Assembly: GCA_046759165.1 (NCBI GenBank)
Contig: JBHIBS010000049.1
Location: 1-11,432, forward strand
Reading direction: 5' to 3'
DNA: 11,432 nt
From: a bacterium
GTDB lineage: Bacteria; UBA6262; WVXT01
The position numbers were made by a program, and so were the translations under genes. The notes beneath the pieces were generated by a model. It made no database searches and was not told the origin of the DNA. It saw only the letters and a program-made list of their open reading frames with translations. Positions 1 through 8,606 of the stretch are shown piece by piece (position 1 is the stretch's first letter; each line of letters opens with the position of its first letter).

Positions 1-1
1 A

Positions 2-697
2 TTTACTGGAACAGATAGACTTATGCATTTTTTATGGGATGCTTATGAGAATGGAGGCCACAAATACCGCAAAGATTTCTTAGAGCACTTTGAGAAGATT
101 GATGAAGTAGTTGGTGAAATTAATTCAAGAACCAACGAAAAGGATTTACTAATTATGCTCTCTGACCACGGCTTTGAGAGACTTGATAAAGATGTTTACA
201 TAAGCTATCTTTTGAGAAAAGAAGGTCTCTTAAAACACAAAGAAAATAGGGAACTAGAGCTAAGCGGTATCGATTACTCTACAAAGGCATTTGCTCTTGA
301 CCCTGCAAGGATTTATATAAATCTAAAAAGCAAATATCCTTGTGGAAGTGTTGATGTACAGGATAAAGAAAGAATTTTAAAAGAGTTAGAAGCTTTATTT
401 AATTCATTAGAGATAGATAATAAAAAGGTAATAAAAGAGATATACAGAAAAGAGAAGATTTATTCTGGCCCATTTTTGGAACAAGCACCAGATTTGATTT
501 TGGTTGGAAATCAAGGTTTTAACTTGAAGGCAAATATCAAAGCAGATAAATTAACAGATAAATCAATCTTTACAGGAAAACACACCCAATGGGATGCATT
601 TTTAATTGTAAATAGGAAAGTGGATATTAATATTATACTGGAGGAATTTTCTGTTTTTGATTTTGTAAGTATAATGAATAAATTAAAAGAACTTTAA
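2..697 (+). CDS. Type I phosphodiesterase/nucleotide pyrophosphatase (alkaline phosphatase superfamily), 5'-truncated by the window edge
   Basis: The frame is open from position 2 (FTGTDRLMHF..., TDRxxH metal motif), so ATG 23 is internal. Also contains SDHGF, PDL and the C-terminal TGKH motif typical of this family. Confidence 0.85.
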   Translation, partial: FTGTDRLMHFLWDAYENGGHKYRKDFLEHFEKIDEVVGEINSRTNEKDLLIMLSDHGFERLDKDVYISYLLRKEGLLKHKENRELELSGIDYSTKAFALDPARIYINLKSKYPCGSVDVQDKERILKELEALFNSLEIDNKKVIKEIYRKEKIYSGPFLEQAPDLILVGNQGFNLKANIKADKLTDKSIFTGKHTQWDAFLIVNRKVDINIILEEFSVFDFVSIMNKLKEL

Positions 698-762
698 TAA
701 TTTTTTGATATCTATAAACTTAATCCTTGTGAAGTGAAAAGAGGAAGCTCCTTTTCGAAAGG
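590..762 (+). repeat. Direct repeat R1 copy a (last 35 codons plus stop of the phosphodiesterase and ~65 bp downstream)
   Basis: Manual alignment to 4930..5101 gives about 23 mismatches and 1 gap in 173 nt (~86% identity). Confidence 0.95.
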
Positions 763-1033
763 GAAGGGATAATAGTTAAAGAGATTAGCGGAGAAGTTGG
801 ATAGAAGGCCCAAATTAAGAAAGTACACATAGTTATCCTTGCTTTCGCAGGGACTCCGCACAAAGAAAACGGCCCAAATAAATCGACCCCTGCATCCTTT
901 TTATGAAATCAATAAAAGAATATCGATATATCATGATTCGACCAGGTTCTACGGCTAATTAGAAAAGCATTCTTTAGAACGCACTTAACATCGTTAAAAA
1001 AGAGTTAGAAATTCAGGTTATTTGGATTGATTT

Positions 1034-2521
1034 ATGATGGATAGGAAAAAACAGTTTCCTAATATTATTCTAATAGTAATTGATGCTTTACGGGCCAGAA
1101 ATTTAGGCTGTTACGGAGATAGTAATGAATTGAGCCCAAATATTGATAAAGTTGCTCAGGAAAGTATCGTTTTTGAAAATGCATACTGCTGCTGGAATTC
1201 AACTGACCCCTCTCTTACATCCATCCTTTCTGGGAAGTATCCAATATCTCATGGAATTACCAATCACGGTGATAAAATAACACGGGAGGAACTTACCACA
1301 TTTAACTTAACAGGTACAAAGACATTGGCAGAAGTGCTACATCAATATGGATATAAATCGATGACTGTTGATTGGCTAGGAAGATGGTTCAAACGTGGTT
1401 TTGAACATTATGGTTATGGATTCAAGCGCGGCTTCTTGGAAAAAATGAAATATTATGCTGTAAGATTACCTGTTTTATATTTTAGATATCTAACTGGTCA
1501 TATAGGAATTTTTCGATGTTATATAGGTAAAAGAAAGTTTAAGTTCCATTGGTTAGTCGAAGATATTAAGAATGTCACTGATACTTTTTTATTTAGCAAG
1601 GAATTAGCTAAAATTCAAGATGCTGGCTTTGTTACCGAAATTGGTATACAGTTAATAAAAGAAGTGAAAAAAGAGAAATTTTTCCTTTTTCTCCATTATT
1701 GGGATACGCATACACCCTACAATTGTCCTAAAGGAAACTTGACTTACCGAGGCACGGACAGCAAAAAAGTGCTCATTGCCAAGTATGAGGGAGCAGTAAG
1801 TTATATTGACCAGCAGATAGGAAGATTGTTTGAACAATTAAGAGAAACAGGGGTTCTGGAAGATACAATAATCATCATCACATCTGACCACGGAGATAGC
1901 CTAACCGAACATGCTATTTTCTTTGACCATCACGGACTTTATGAAGAGACTACGCATGTTCCTTTAATCTTGCATTATCCCGAATTTTTCCCTCAAGCTA
2001 AAAGAGTAAAAGGTTTCGTCCAGCACATTGATTTACTTCCCACAATATTGGAAATTCTGGAAATTGATGATAAGGGATTAAATTTTGATGGGACCAGTTT
2101 GATACCACTAATTGAAAATAGAGTTTCTGAAATCCGTTCATTTGTTTACAATGAGGAATCATATGTTCAAAAAAAGAGAGCTATAAGAACAAAAAGGTAT
2201 AAATATATCACTGCATTGAATGGCGACTCAGGGCTGTGTCGTTATTGTCACAAAATCCACGCTGGAAGCGAAGAGTTATACGATTTAGAAAAGGACCCCA
2301 ATGAAAATATCAATATCGTGAACAAGAACATATCTATTGCAGAGGATATGAAAAAAAGGCTCAAGGAGACAATTAATGATTTAATAAATCGAAGAGAAAA
2401 AGAAATTAACGACCGGTGGTCAAAACAAGACATTATCAACAGTAATAATCAAGACATTTATAGCGAAAAAGAAAGAAGGGAAGTGAGAAGAAAATTAAAG
2501 AGTCTGGGTTATATAGATTGA
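1034..2521 (+). CDS. Sulfatase-like hydrolase/transferase (alkaline phosphatase superfamily) with Thr at the nucleophile position
   Basis: PNIILIVIDALR, SPNID, FENAY, T-D-P-S-L-T-S-I-L-S-G-K-Y-P, HYWDTHTPY, TSDHGD, HVPLI, ELYDLEKDPNE and C-terminal LKSLGYID. Confidence 0.9.
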   Translation: MMDRKKQFPNIILIVIDALRARNLGCYGDSNELSPNIDKVAQESIVFENAYCCWNSTDPSLTSILSGKYPISHGITNHGDKITREELTTFNLTGTKTLAEVLHQYGYKSMTVDWLGRWFKRGFEHYGYGFKRGFLEKMKYYAVRLPVLYFRYLTGHIGIFRCYIGKRKFKFHWLVEDIKNVTDTFLFSKELAKIQDAGFVTEIGIQLIKEVKKEKFFLFLHYWDTHTPYNCPKGNLTYRGTDSKKVLIAKYEGAVSYIDQQIGRLFEQLRETGVLEDTIIIITSDHGDSLTEHAIFFDHHGLYEETTHVPLILHYPEFFPQAKRVKGFVQHIDLLPTILEILEIDDKGLNFDGTSLIPLIENRVSEIRSFVYNEESYVQKKRAIRTKRYKYITALNGDSGLCRYCHKIHAGSEELYDLEKDPNENINIVNKNISIAEDMKKRLKETINDLINRREKEINDRWSKQDIINSNNQDIYSEKERREVRRKLKSLGYID

Positions 2522-2611
2522 CTTTGCCAACAATGGAACCCAATAATGACCGGTTCATTCCGGTAAAGGACATCGAAGTTTAAAATTGTCCTAAATGATA
2601 GATAAATTGCT

Positions 2612-3904
2612 ATGCAGGTGTTTGAACAAATAGTTAAATGGTTACCGATACTTTCATCAAAAGGGGCTAGTAGGGGTATTGAACTGCTGGCCCATAGTGA
2701 CCAATTTAGCAATTATCTACGGAGAAAAGAGGCAAGTAGTTTGAATCAAACAAAGAGTATGAGAAAAGTTTTAGTGATTTCTGATGCAAACATTGGCGAC
2801 ACGGTCAATATTCAATCCTGCATAGAAGTGTTAAGGTATTATTTCCCTGATTGTGAAATCGACTATGTTTATAGTGATAGGGCACATCCGCTCATAGCTG
2901 AAAATCCTAACATATCGAATACTTTCCCCTTATTACACGGGCGTATCAGACCTTCAGAAAATGACCGTATCCTATTGCGCAATTTGGTGCGGGAACGTTC
3001 TTACGATCTGATTATAAATTTGTGTCCATTTCTTTCCAACCGGGATTTTAAGTGTGCCGGTTGTCCGGTCATATTTCCAATGAGATTGGTAGCTCATATA
3101 GTCAGAGCGCAAAGCACAAAAGCAGAGAAAGCAGGTTTTGTCTATAAGCTTATTGAATACATAAATGATATGGTTTTCATGTTACCAGTAAGAATCAGGC
3201 CCCAGAAACCAAAATATACTTACTCGGGAAACAAAATTTATTTACCAGAAGATGTATTTATAAGAAGGAAAGAATTTATGAAATCAGTAGGTTTATCATC
3301 AGGAGATAAGATAGTATTTTTTAACCCGGATGCATCAAATCCATACACTTTTATTCCTAGACACTTACAACTAGAATTAGTCGAAAAAATATTCTTTTAC
3401 AATAACTTTGATTTCTTGCTCTTAGGGTCCGCCTTCACCTTCTCTAAGATAGAAATGGTGCTTTTGGACAGGATTCCATATTCGTTAAGGAAGAAAGTTA
3501 TCATCGTTCCCAAAGAACTGCCGATTGATATTTGTGCATCCTTAGTTGATGGCTGTGAGGTATTCATCAGTGGAGATACTGGAATGATGCATATTGCTGC
3601 TGCTAGAAAAATTTTTGCTAATTTGAAATGTCCGTTTAAAAACCGTACAGCAGTCGTTAGTATATTTGGAGCTACTGAGCCGAAAATATATGGGTACGAC
3701 TCTTTTAAACCTGAATATATACTAGCAAGTCAGGATGCACCTTCAAAAGTATTCGAAGCTCAGCCTGATTGTAAAAATATAACTTGTTCCGCTCAGCGGG
3801 TAATAAAAAAATGCTTATTGCATAAATGTTTCCAAGGGATCGACATAAATGGGGTAGTTAAATATGTCGTAGACTATTTGTCAGTCCAAAATTTAGCTCG
3901 ATAA
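2612..3904 (+). CDS. Glycosyltransferase family 9 (heptosyltransferase-like) protein
   Basis: IGDTV, YDLIINL, FISGDTGMMHIAAA, VVSIFGATEP, and a Cys-rich tail (CKNITC...KKC...KCFQGI) as seen in GT9 proteins. Confidence 0.85.
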   Translation: MQVFEQIVKWLPILSSKGASRGIELLAHSDQFSNYLRRKEASSLNQTKSMRKVLVISDANIGDTVNIQSCIEVLRYYFPDCEIDYVYSDRAHPLIAENPNISNTFPLLHGRIRPSENDRILLRNLVRERSYDLIINLCPFLSNRDFKCAGCPVIFPMRLVAHIVRAQSTKAEKAGFVYKLIEYINDMVFMLPVRIRPQKPKYTYSGNKIYLPEDVFIRRKEFMKSVGLSSGDKIVFFNPDASNPYTFIPRHLQLELVEKIFFYNNFDFLLLGSAFTFSKIEMVLLDRIPYSLRKKVIIVPKELPIDICASLVDGCEVFISGDTGMMHIAAARKIFANLKCPFKNRTAVVSIFGATEPKIYGYDSFKPEYILASQDAPSKVFEAQPDCKNITCSAQRVIKKCLLHKCFQGIDINGVVKYVVDYLSVQNLAR

Positions 3905-3924
3905 CTTTAACAACGGAGAAAATA

Positions 3925-4575
3925 TTGAAAAAATTGCCATTCTCTGAACCAGCCGAAAAATTTATCTTTCGATTGGGATACTTCTTTTTCGCACTAGAGA
4001 TTATCTTGATCGTTTTGTCAGCGATAATCTATCCAGAATTATTTGGAAAAATAACAGCCATAATAACTGCTAGCCTTGTTGGGGGTAGGGCAGGCGCTAT
4101 CCTCGCTGGAATGGAATTGAAATTCCATCCTTTGTTAATCACCATTTTGCTATTCACCTTTAATTCGATCTGGTTACTTGTGTTTTATCCTTTATTTGTC
4201 TCATTTTATGAACACGGGGTAGAGCCGAGAATCTTAGGTGGGATGTTAAGTTCTACTAAAAGGTTGGCCGAAATACAAAAGAGGAAAGTAATAAAAATCG
4301 GTAACTGGGGATTACCATTTTTTGTGTGGCTTCCTTTTCCCTGGACAGGCGCAGTGGTGGGTTCGATTATTGGCTTCTTAATGGGGATGCCTGCCAAAAG
4401 GATAATGTTGCTGGTGATACCATCCATGTTAATCGGAATAGTCAGCTGGACATTTGGATTTAAGTATTTATTCATTCTGACTGGAACCGTGGGAAAAATC
4501 ATTTCCATTTTCCTGGTTGGGATTATTTTAATATCCTCTTTACTTTCGCGCTTTCGTTTGCTTCACAAAGCTTAG
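3925..4575 (+). CDS. Small multidrug export protein family (COG2426-like) membrane protein
   Basis: TTG start after a GGAG RBS, several hydrophobic helices, and signature GLPFFVWLPFPWTGAVVGSIIGFLMGM. Confidence 0.8.
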   Translation: MKKLPFSEPAEKFIFRLGYFFFALEIILIVLSAIIYPELFGKITAIITASLVGGRAGAILAGMELKFHPLLITILLFTFNSIWLLVFYPLFVSFYEHGVEPRILGGMLSSTKRLAEIQKRKVIKIGNWGLPFFVWLPFPWTGAVVGSIIGFLMGMPAKRIMLLVIPSMLIGIVSWTFGFKYLFILTGTVGKIISIFLVGIILISSLLSRFRLLHKA

Positions 4576-4929
4576 AGAGATCCAGTTATGATTTTTCCCA
4601 CCCGGGTGTTTATAAAGTCGACGAAAAAAAGGTTACTGCAGGAAGAATAAATGCAGGAATTATTACAATTGTATATTAAAATTATGAAAAATAGCAAAAG
4701 AACTATAATTGTCCGCTTCTTATAAATTAAGATTTCCTAATTTCAATGATTTAAAGCCACGATCGTTTTAGAATCTAAGACAGGGATAGGCAATTATAAT
4801 AAATGCTTCTTCAATATACTATGTTAAGGAAATGAGCGGTGTGCATATTTCTGATTTTTTCTATAGACTTAGAGAGAAGTGTTTATCCAGAGTCTTTAGT
4901 TCCTAAATCAGAAGAGGTAGATTACCGTT

Positions 4930-5101
4930 TGGGATGCTTTTTTAATTGTAAACAGGAAGGTAAATAGTAATATTATATCGAGGAAATTTACGGCTCTTGA
5001 TTTGCAAGTATAATGAATAAATTAGAAGAACTTTAATAATTTTTTGATATTTATAAACTTAATCTTTGTGAATTGAAAACAGGAAGCACCTTTCCGAAAG
5101 G
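4930..5101 (+). repeat. Direct repeat R1 copy b; includes a frameshifted relic of the phosphodiesterase C-terminus (4930..5036)
   Basis: Encodes WDAFLIVNRKVNSNII..., then a 1-nt deletion, then SIMNKLEEL*. ~86% identical to 590..762. Confidence 0.95.
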
Positions 5102-5332
5102 AGCGGCTTGTACCTTTGGCCATGTTTTCCTTGGAGCAAGGACGGTGAAAAGATTCACTTGCCAAACGGGCGTAACATTGGAAACGATAAACGCAAACCA
5201 AGTGCGATGACTGGACATCAGGCTAAATTAACGGCAATAATAAGAGCTTAAAAGTGCTAAACAGACACGTTAGTCGGTTGTTTTTTATTGCCTTTTCGGG
5301 CTGTTTTTTACTATATTGACGATAAGAGAAAA
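5094..5332 (+). repeat. Long intergenic repeat R2 copy a (attC-like end plus promoter)
   Basis: Shares colinear blocks with 9193..9453: TTTCCTTGGAGC, AAAAGATTCA, ACGATAAA, AAACCAAGT, TTAACGGCA.TAATAA, GCTAAAC, TTTTTTATTGC.TTTTCGGG, TATATTGAC. Confidence 0.92.
5288..5317 (+). promoter_or_regulatory. Putative sigma70 promoter TTGCCT-N18-TATATT
   Basis: Near-consensus hexamers, conserved in position in the second repeat copy. Confidence 0.5.
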
Positions 5333-5569
5333 GAGTCGGACAAAAAGAAACCTATCGAACTCATAAGCATTGTTAAGAGTAGCGCAAGTATGAAAGGAGG
5401 AGTAAGTTAATAAAAAACATAGATAAATTAGGCTGGACCGTGATAACTGTTCTGAACAAACTTACCTGATGCTTTCAGGGAACATTCCTGAAATTAAGGC
5501 AGCTCTAGGTGATTTTTTGACGAACGGACAGGTGAGGTCAAGTTTAAATATCCCGCCGTCTTAACGAAA

Positions 5570-5815
5570 ATGATGAAACGAAAATATCTAATCATAGTTT
5601 TAATAGTAGCTCTGATTTTTGCAGTAGGCTTCCGCGATGCTAACAATTCAAACAGGCAGAAAGTAGGCTCCATAAGAATAGCTTCTTTAGGGATCGTGAA
5701 GCCTCTTCCAAGCCATGCCGAAGGCCGTGCCTGTAATAATTGTCACGGCGTTGCCGACTTCGCTGGACTTCGTCTAAATCGCCTTCAGGGACTTCGGCAG
5801 CCCGGAACACGTTAG
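5570..5815 (+). CDS. Small exported or membrane-anchored protein with one CxxCH heme-binding motif; C-terminus probably read through into an attC-like element
   Basis: Basic plus hydrophobic N-terminus (MMKRKYLIIVLIVALIFAVG) and PLPSHAEGRACNNCH. Sequence after the motif overlaps the hairpin at 5741..5821. Confidence 0.55.
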   Translation: MMKRKYLIIVLIVALIFAVGFRDANNSNRQKVGSIRIASLGIVKPLPSHAEGRACNNCHGVADFAGLRLNRLQGLRQPGTR

Positions 5816-5821
5816 GTGACA
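5741..5821 (+). mobile_element. Degenerate attC-like site
   Basis: Nested inverted repeats TGTCAC/GTGACA and GTTGCCGA/TCGGCAGC, with an R'-type GTTAGGT (GTTRRRY) at 5811..5817. No intact R'' box. Confidence 0.55.
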
Positions 5822-5943
5822 TTACTTATCATGACCATGCCAGGAACTTTGTTATTGGGCGACAAATTATCTCTTACTCATTAGTAGCCTCTAATATATT
5901 GATTTGGTGATGGTTAATTTAATTCAGAGAGGATATTGTAGGA

Positions 5944-6756
5944 ATGCGGAATCAAAGAGATCGCGCGACGAACAAACACATCAACTTAGCTGATATAGTC
6001 AAAGCTGAAGAGTACGTTGGGCTAGTTCAATCTTCCATCGAGAGCACAACGGGTAAAATCGATAATCATATCAAGCAGTTTTACAGAATTGAAAGATATA
6101 AAAAATGTTTATCGAGAGTGCCAAAAGATGCACGTTTGATTTTGGATGCAGGATGTGGAGATGGGAGATTCGCTGAGTATTTCTTAAAAAACATATCAAA
6201 TGGGGAAGTTAGACTGATCGGCGTTGATTTAAGCTGGCCAAAAATATCCTTCGCGAAATGCAGAGGGAATAAGAATAAAATGAATGCCGACTTCATAGTT
6301 GCAGACGTCCACAATTTGCCATTTAAAGGAGAATCGTTTAACCTCATCATAAGCCTGGAAACATTAGAGCATTGTTTAGCACCTGAGATAGTACTAAGAG
6401 AATTTCTCAGAGTCGTAATCAGGAATAAACATGAATTTGAATTCCTATTGACTGTTCCATTTACCAAGAAGAACAATATCGAGTGTGTTCACTCTTTGAA
6501 AGATGTATATAACATTGATAATGAATCACTGAATATCTATCATAAAGAATATAAGCTAGATGAATGCATCAAGCTCTTAAATAGCAATGGAATTGAAGTT
6601 AGTGGTTTTGAAAAAATATCGAGGAAGAATTCAAATGTTTTCACAAAGTTAGGGCCATTTGTTCCTAATATCTTGATAAAGATGACGTATAGGATTCTAA
6701 ACGTCTTTTCCAAATCGCCCTATTCAGTACTTTATATCGGAAAGGCTTCAAAGTGA
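5944..6756 (+). CDS. Class I SAM-dependent methyltransferase
   Basis: ILDAGCGDG motif I, GVDLS, ADVHNLPFKGESFNLIISLETLEH. Confidence 0.92.
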   Translation: MRNQRDRATNKHINLADIVKAEEYVGLVQSSIESTTGKIDNHIKQFYRIERYKKCLSRVPKDARLILDAGCGDGRFAEYFLKNISNGEVRLIGVDLSWPKISFAKCRGNKNKMNADFIVADVHNLPFKGESFNLIISLETLEHCLAPEIVLREFLRVVIRNKHEFEFLLTVPFTKKNNIECVHSLKDVYNIDNESLNIYHKEYKLDECIKLLNSNGIEVSGFEKISRKNSNVFTKLGPFVPNILIKMTYRILNVFSKSPYSVLYIGKASK

Positions 6757-6760
6757 TGTA

Positions 6761-6918
6761 CTCCCAAATTGGCCCTAAAGGGCGGGTCCCTTGGGCAGAA
6801 CCGCGACTTAAATTTTCCCACTTTGTTAAGGGTCAGCTTACGCCTAGAGACTTCCTATGGAAGAAGGGTGATCCCCAATTACTCTCAAACCCAAGGGTTG
6901 GGGTATCCTTGGCGATTT
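6761..6918 (+). other. GC-rich multi-hairpin intergenic element, possibly a decayed attC
   Basis: GCCCT-AA-AGGGC (6772..6783), CCCTTGGG/CCCAAGGG (6788/6890), CTTCC-TAT-GGAAG and CCCCAA/TTGGGG. Begins with CCCAAATT, as does the hairpin at 7688. Confidence 0.4.
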
Positions 6919-6935
6919 TTATGAAAGGAGGACCT

Positions 6936-7668
6936 ATGCAACACATCATTTCATCATTTGTAGGAGCGATTCAGGGCATCACTATTTAGTTCTTAAGAAG
7001 AAAATTGAGTGAATACTTACAGTTTAGAAGACCAATTTCAAAAGTGCTTGAAGGTCTGGTGACAGATGAACATAGCCTACTAGTCCTTTCCACCGTTTCA
7101 TCTGAATAGTATAGGGATATGAAGGGAAAGTTTATTGATTTCTCATATAATCCAAGGGAGAAATTTATGACAATGGTTCATGATGCCTGGGGATTGACAC
7201 TCATAGATAATCTCTTACGAAAAGGCGGCAGAAAGGATACAATTAATTCTAAAATATCCATCTTTTTTCGGGATTCTGATTGGGAGTGCAATTTGCTTCT
7301 AATCGGTAGTCCTCTATCCAAACAGAGAGAGTGGGAATGCCTTGACTGATTCCACAATCCGATTCTGCGCTGATGCAAAAGAGATTATCGACCGAACCAA
7401 AAATGCAAGATGGAGTGGTTCTAGGGCAAAGGACTACGTCATTGTGGTTAAACTTCACGATAGAAATAAGGTAACCATAGTTGCAGATGGTTGAGGACCG
7501 ACGGGTACTGCTGGAGCCGCACATTATTTGGGTACAAACTTTAGGAAGATTGCAGACAAGTTCTCAACTGATCCTTTCGTAGTGGTTTTGGAGATAGAGC
7601 ATAATAAAGAACATGATCAACGGAAGGAGATTTTGTCAAGAAAGATAATGTCGTCTAACTCTATCTAA
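6936..7668 (+). pseudogene. Broken ~240-aa gene (NLLLIGSPxSN ... DYxIVVK ... GxGPTGTxGAAxYL; resembles S-layer C-terminal-like alpha/beta domains)
   Basis: Strong AAGGAGG RBS before ATG 6936. The frame continues through TAG 6987 and TAG 7107 into the 7119 ORF, shifts near 7320, crosses TGA 7492 and stops at TAA 7666..7668. Confidence 0.75.
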
Positions 7669-7810
7669 TGAGCTTCAATTCGTTCTGCCCAAATTCGCCG
7701 CTGTGTTGGGACGAGACTCAGAGGAAGCGATGGTCTGTGGGTCAACGACCTACTAGGGGGCTGTGAGGCCCGCGGCGAACTTCGGTTACGCTGGATACAT
7801 TAAGTGAAAT
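7653..7810 (+). mobile_element. Degenerate attC-like site
   Basis: R''-type GTCTAAC (7653..7659) at the gene end, perfect IR TTCGCCGC/GCGGCGAA (7694/7772), and a 3' end ACTTCGG...ACATTAAGTGAAAT parallel to ACTTCGG...ACGTTAGGTGACAT at 5791..5822. Confidence 0.6.
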
Positions 7811-7894
7811 CGTGAACGGATTAATTAGGTCGGTAAGAATGTGTTGAAAAAAAGCTGAGCAAGATAAGAAAGGAAGCGAAGTATTGAAGAAAAA

Positions 7895-8329
7895 ATGGCG
7901 AAAGCAACTATAATAGCTATTGTTATTGTATTTCTTGACATTTTTTTCTGTATCTTGGAGCATCGAAAACACTTCATATCACAGGGCCGGTTGGTAGAGT
8001 GGCCACAATTACATTCTTTGGCATACTAATGCTTGTCAATTATTTATCTGAGTCTCCTGCTTTAGATAAGGGGGAAGTGAGAAAAGGAATAACAGGGTCT
8101 TTTATTGCTGTTTATTTTACACATGTACCTTTGCTTACTTTGACGGAATTTAGCCCTTCAGGTACCAGATACAGCTAAAACAATTATAGGGCACTTTACT
8201 TGTTTGTTTGGGATCATTTTTGTATTTTGCTTTGCATCTAGTTTGCTTAAAGAGTATTTGAAAATTATAGAGAAACGTCAGAATTCAAAAGAAGAACCGC
8301 AACAAGCTGTGAGCGAAGAAAATAAATAA
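7895..8329 (+). pseudogene. Frameshifted small multi-pass membrane protein (~144 aa, about 4 TM segments)
   Basis: MAKATIIAIVIVFLDIF / shift at T7 tract 7941..7947 / LYLG...ATITFFGILMLVNYLS...KGEVRKGITGSFIAVYF... / shift near 8167 / TAKTIIGHFTCLFGIIFVFCFASS...ENK*. Confidence 0.75.
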
Positions 8330-8606
8330 ATGTTCAAATTTGTCTGCAGTAGCAAAGATTTAAAAACATCTTCCGTCCACGACTCTTGGCAGTCCTTCGA
8401 GCAGTAAGACCACTAAAATCTATATTCATGTTACCACCGAGGACATAGGCAGAATCAAGAGTCCGTTGGATAACTTAAATATAAATAAAGGAAGGAAGGT
8501 AAAATAATACTTGAGAGGATTGCGTAATACATGTGAACTTGGTTCGGATATACCAACAAATTGGAAGGATATCGGAACCTGATTCTGATATGAACAAGTT
8601 AGACTA

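Noticed and set aside
4637-4658. TGCAGGAA direct repeat in an AT-rich spacer
   Set aside because: Only two 8-bp copies with no supporting context.
6753-6989. 78-aa ORF as a real gene
   Set aside because: Its first 61 codons run through the palindromic spacer. The credible start is ATG 6936 with AAGGAGG, which belongs to the pseudogene.
6987-7494. Stop-codon recoding (pyrrolysine, selenocysteine or alternative code) for the in-frame TAG/TGA codons
   Set aside because: Mixed stop types plus a frameshift occur in the same gene, and neighbouring intact genes end normally at TAG and TGA.
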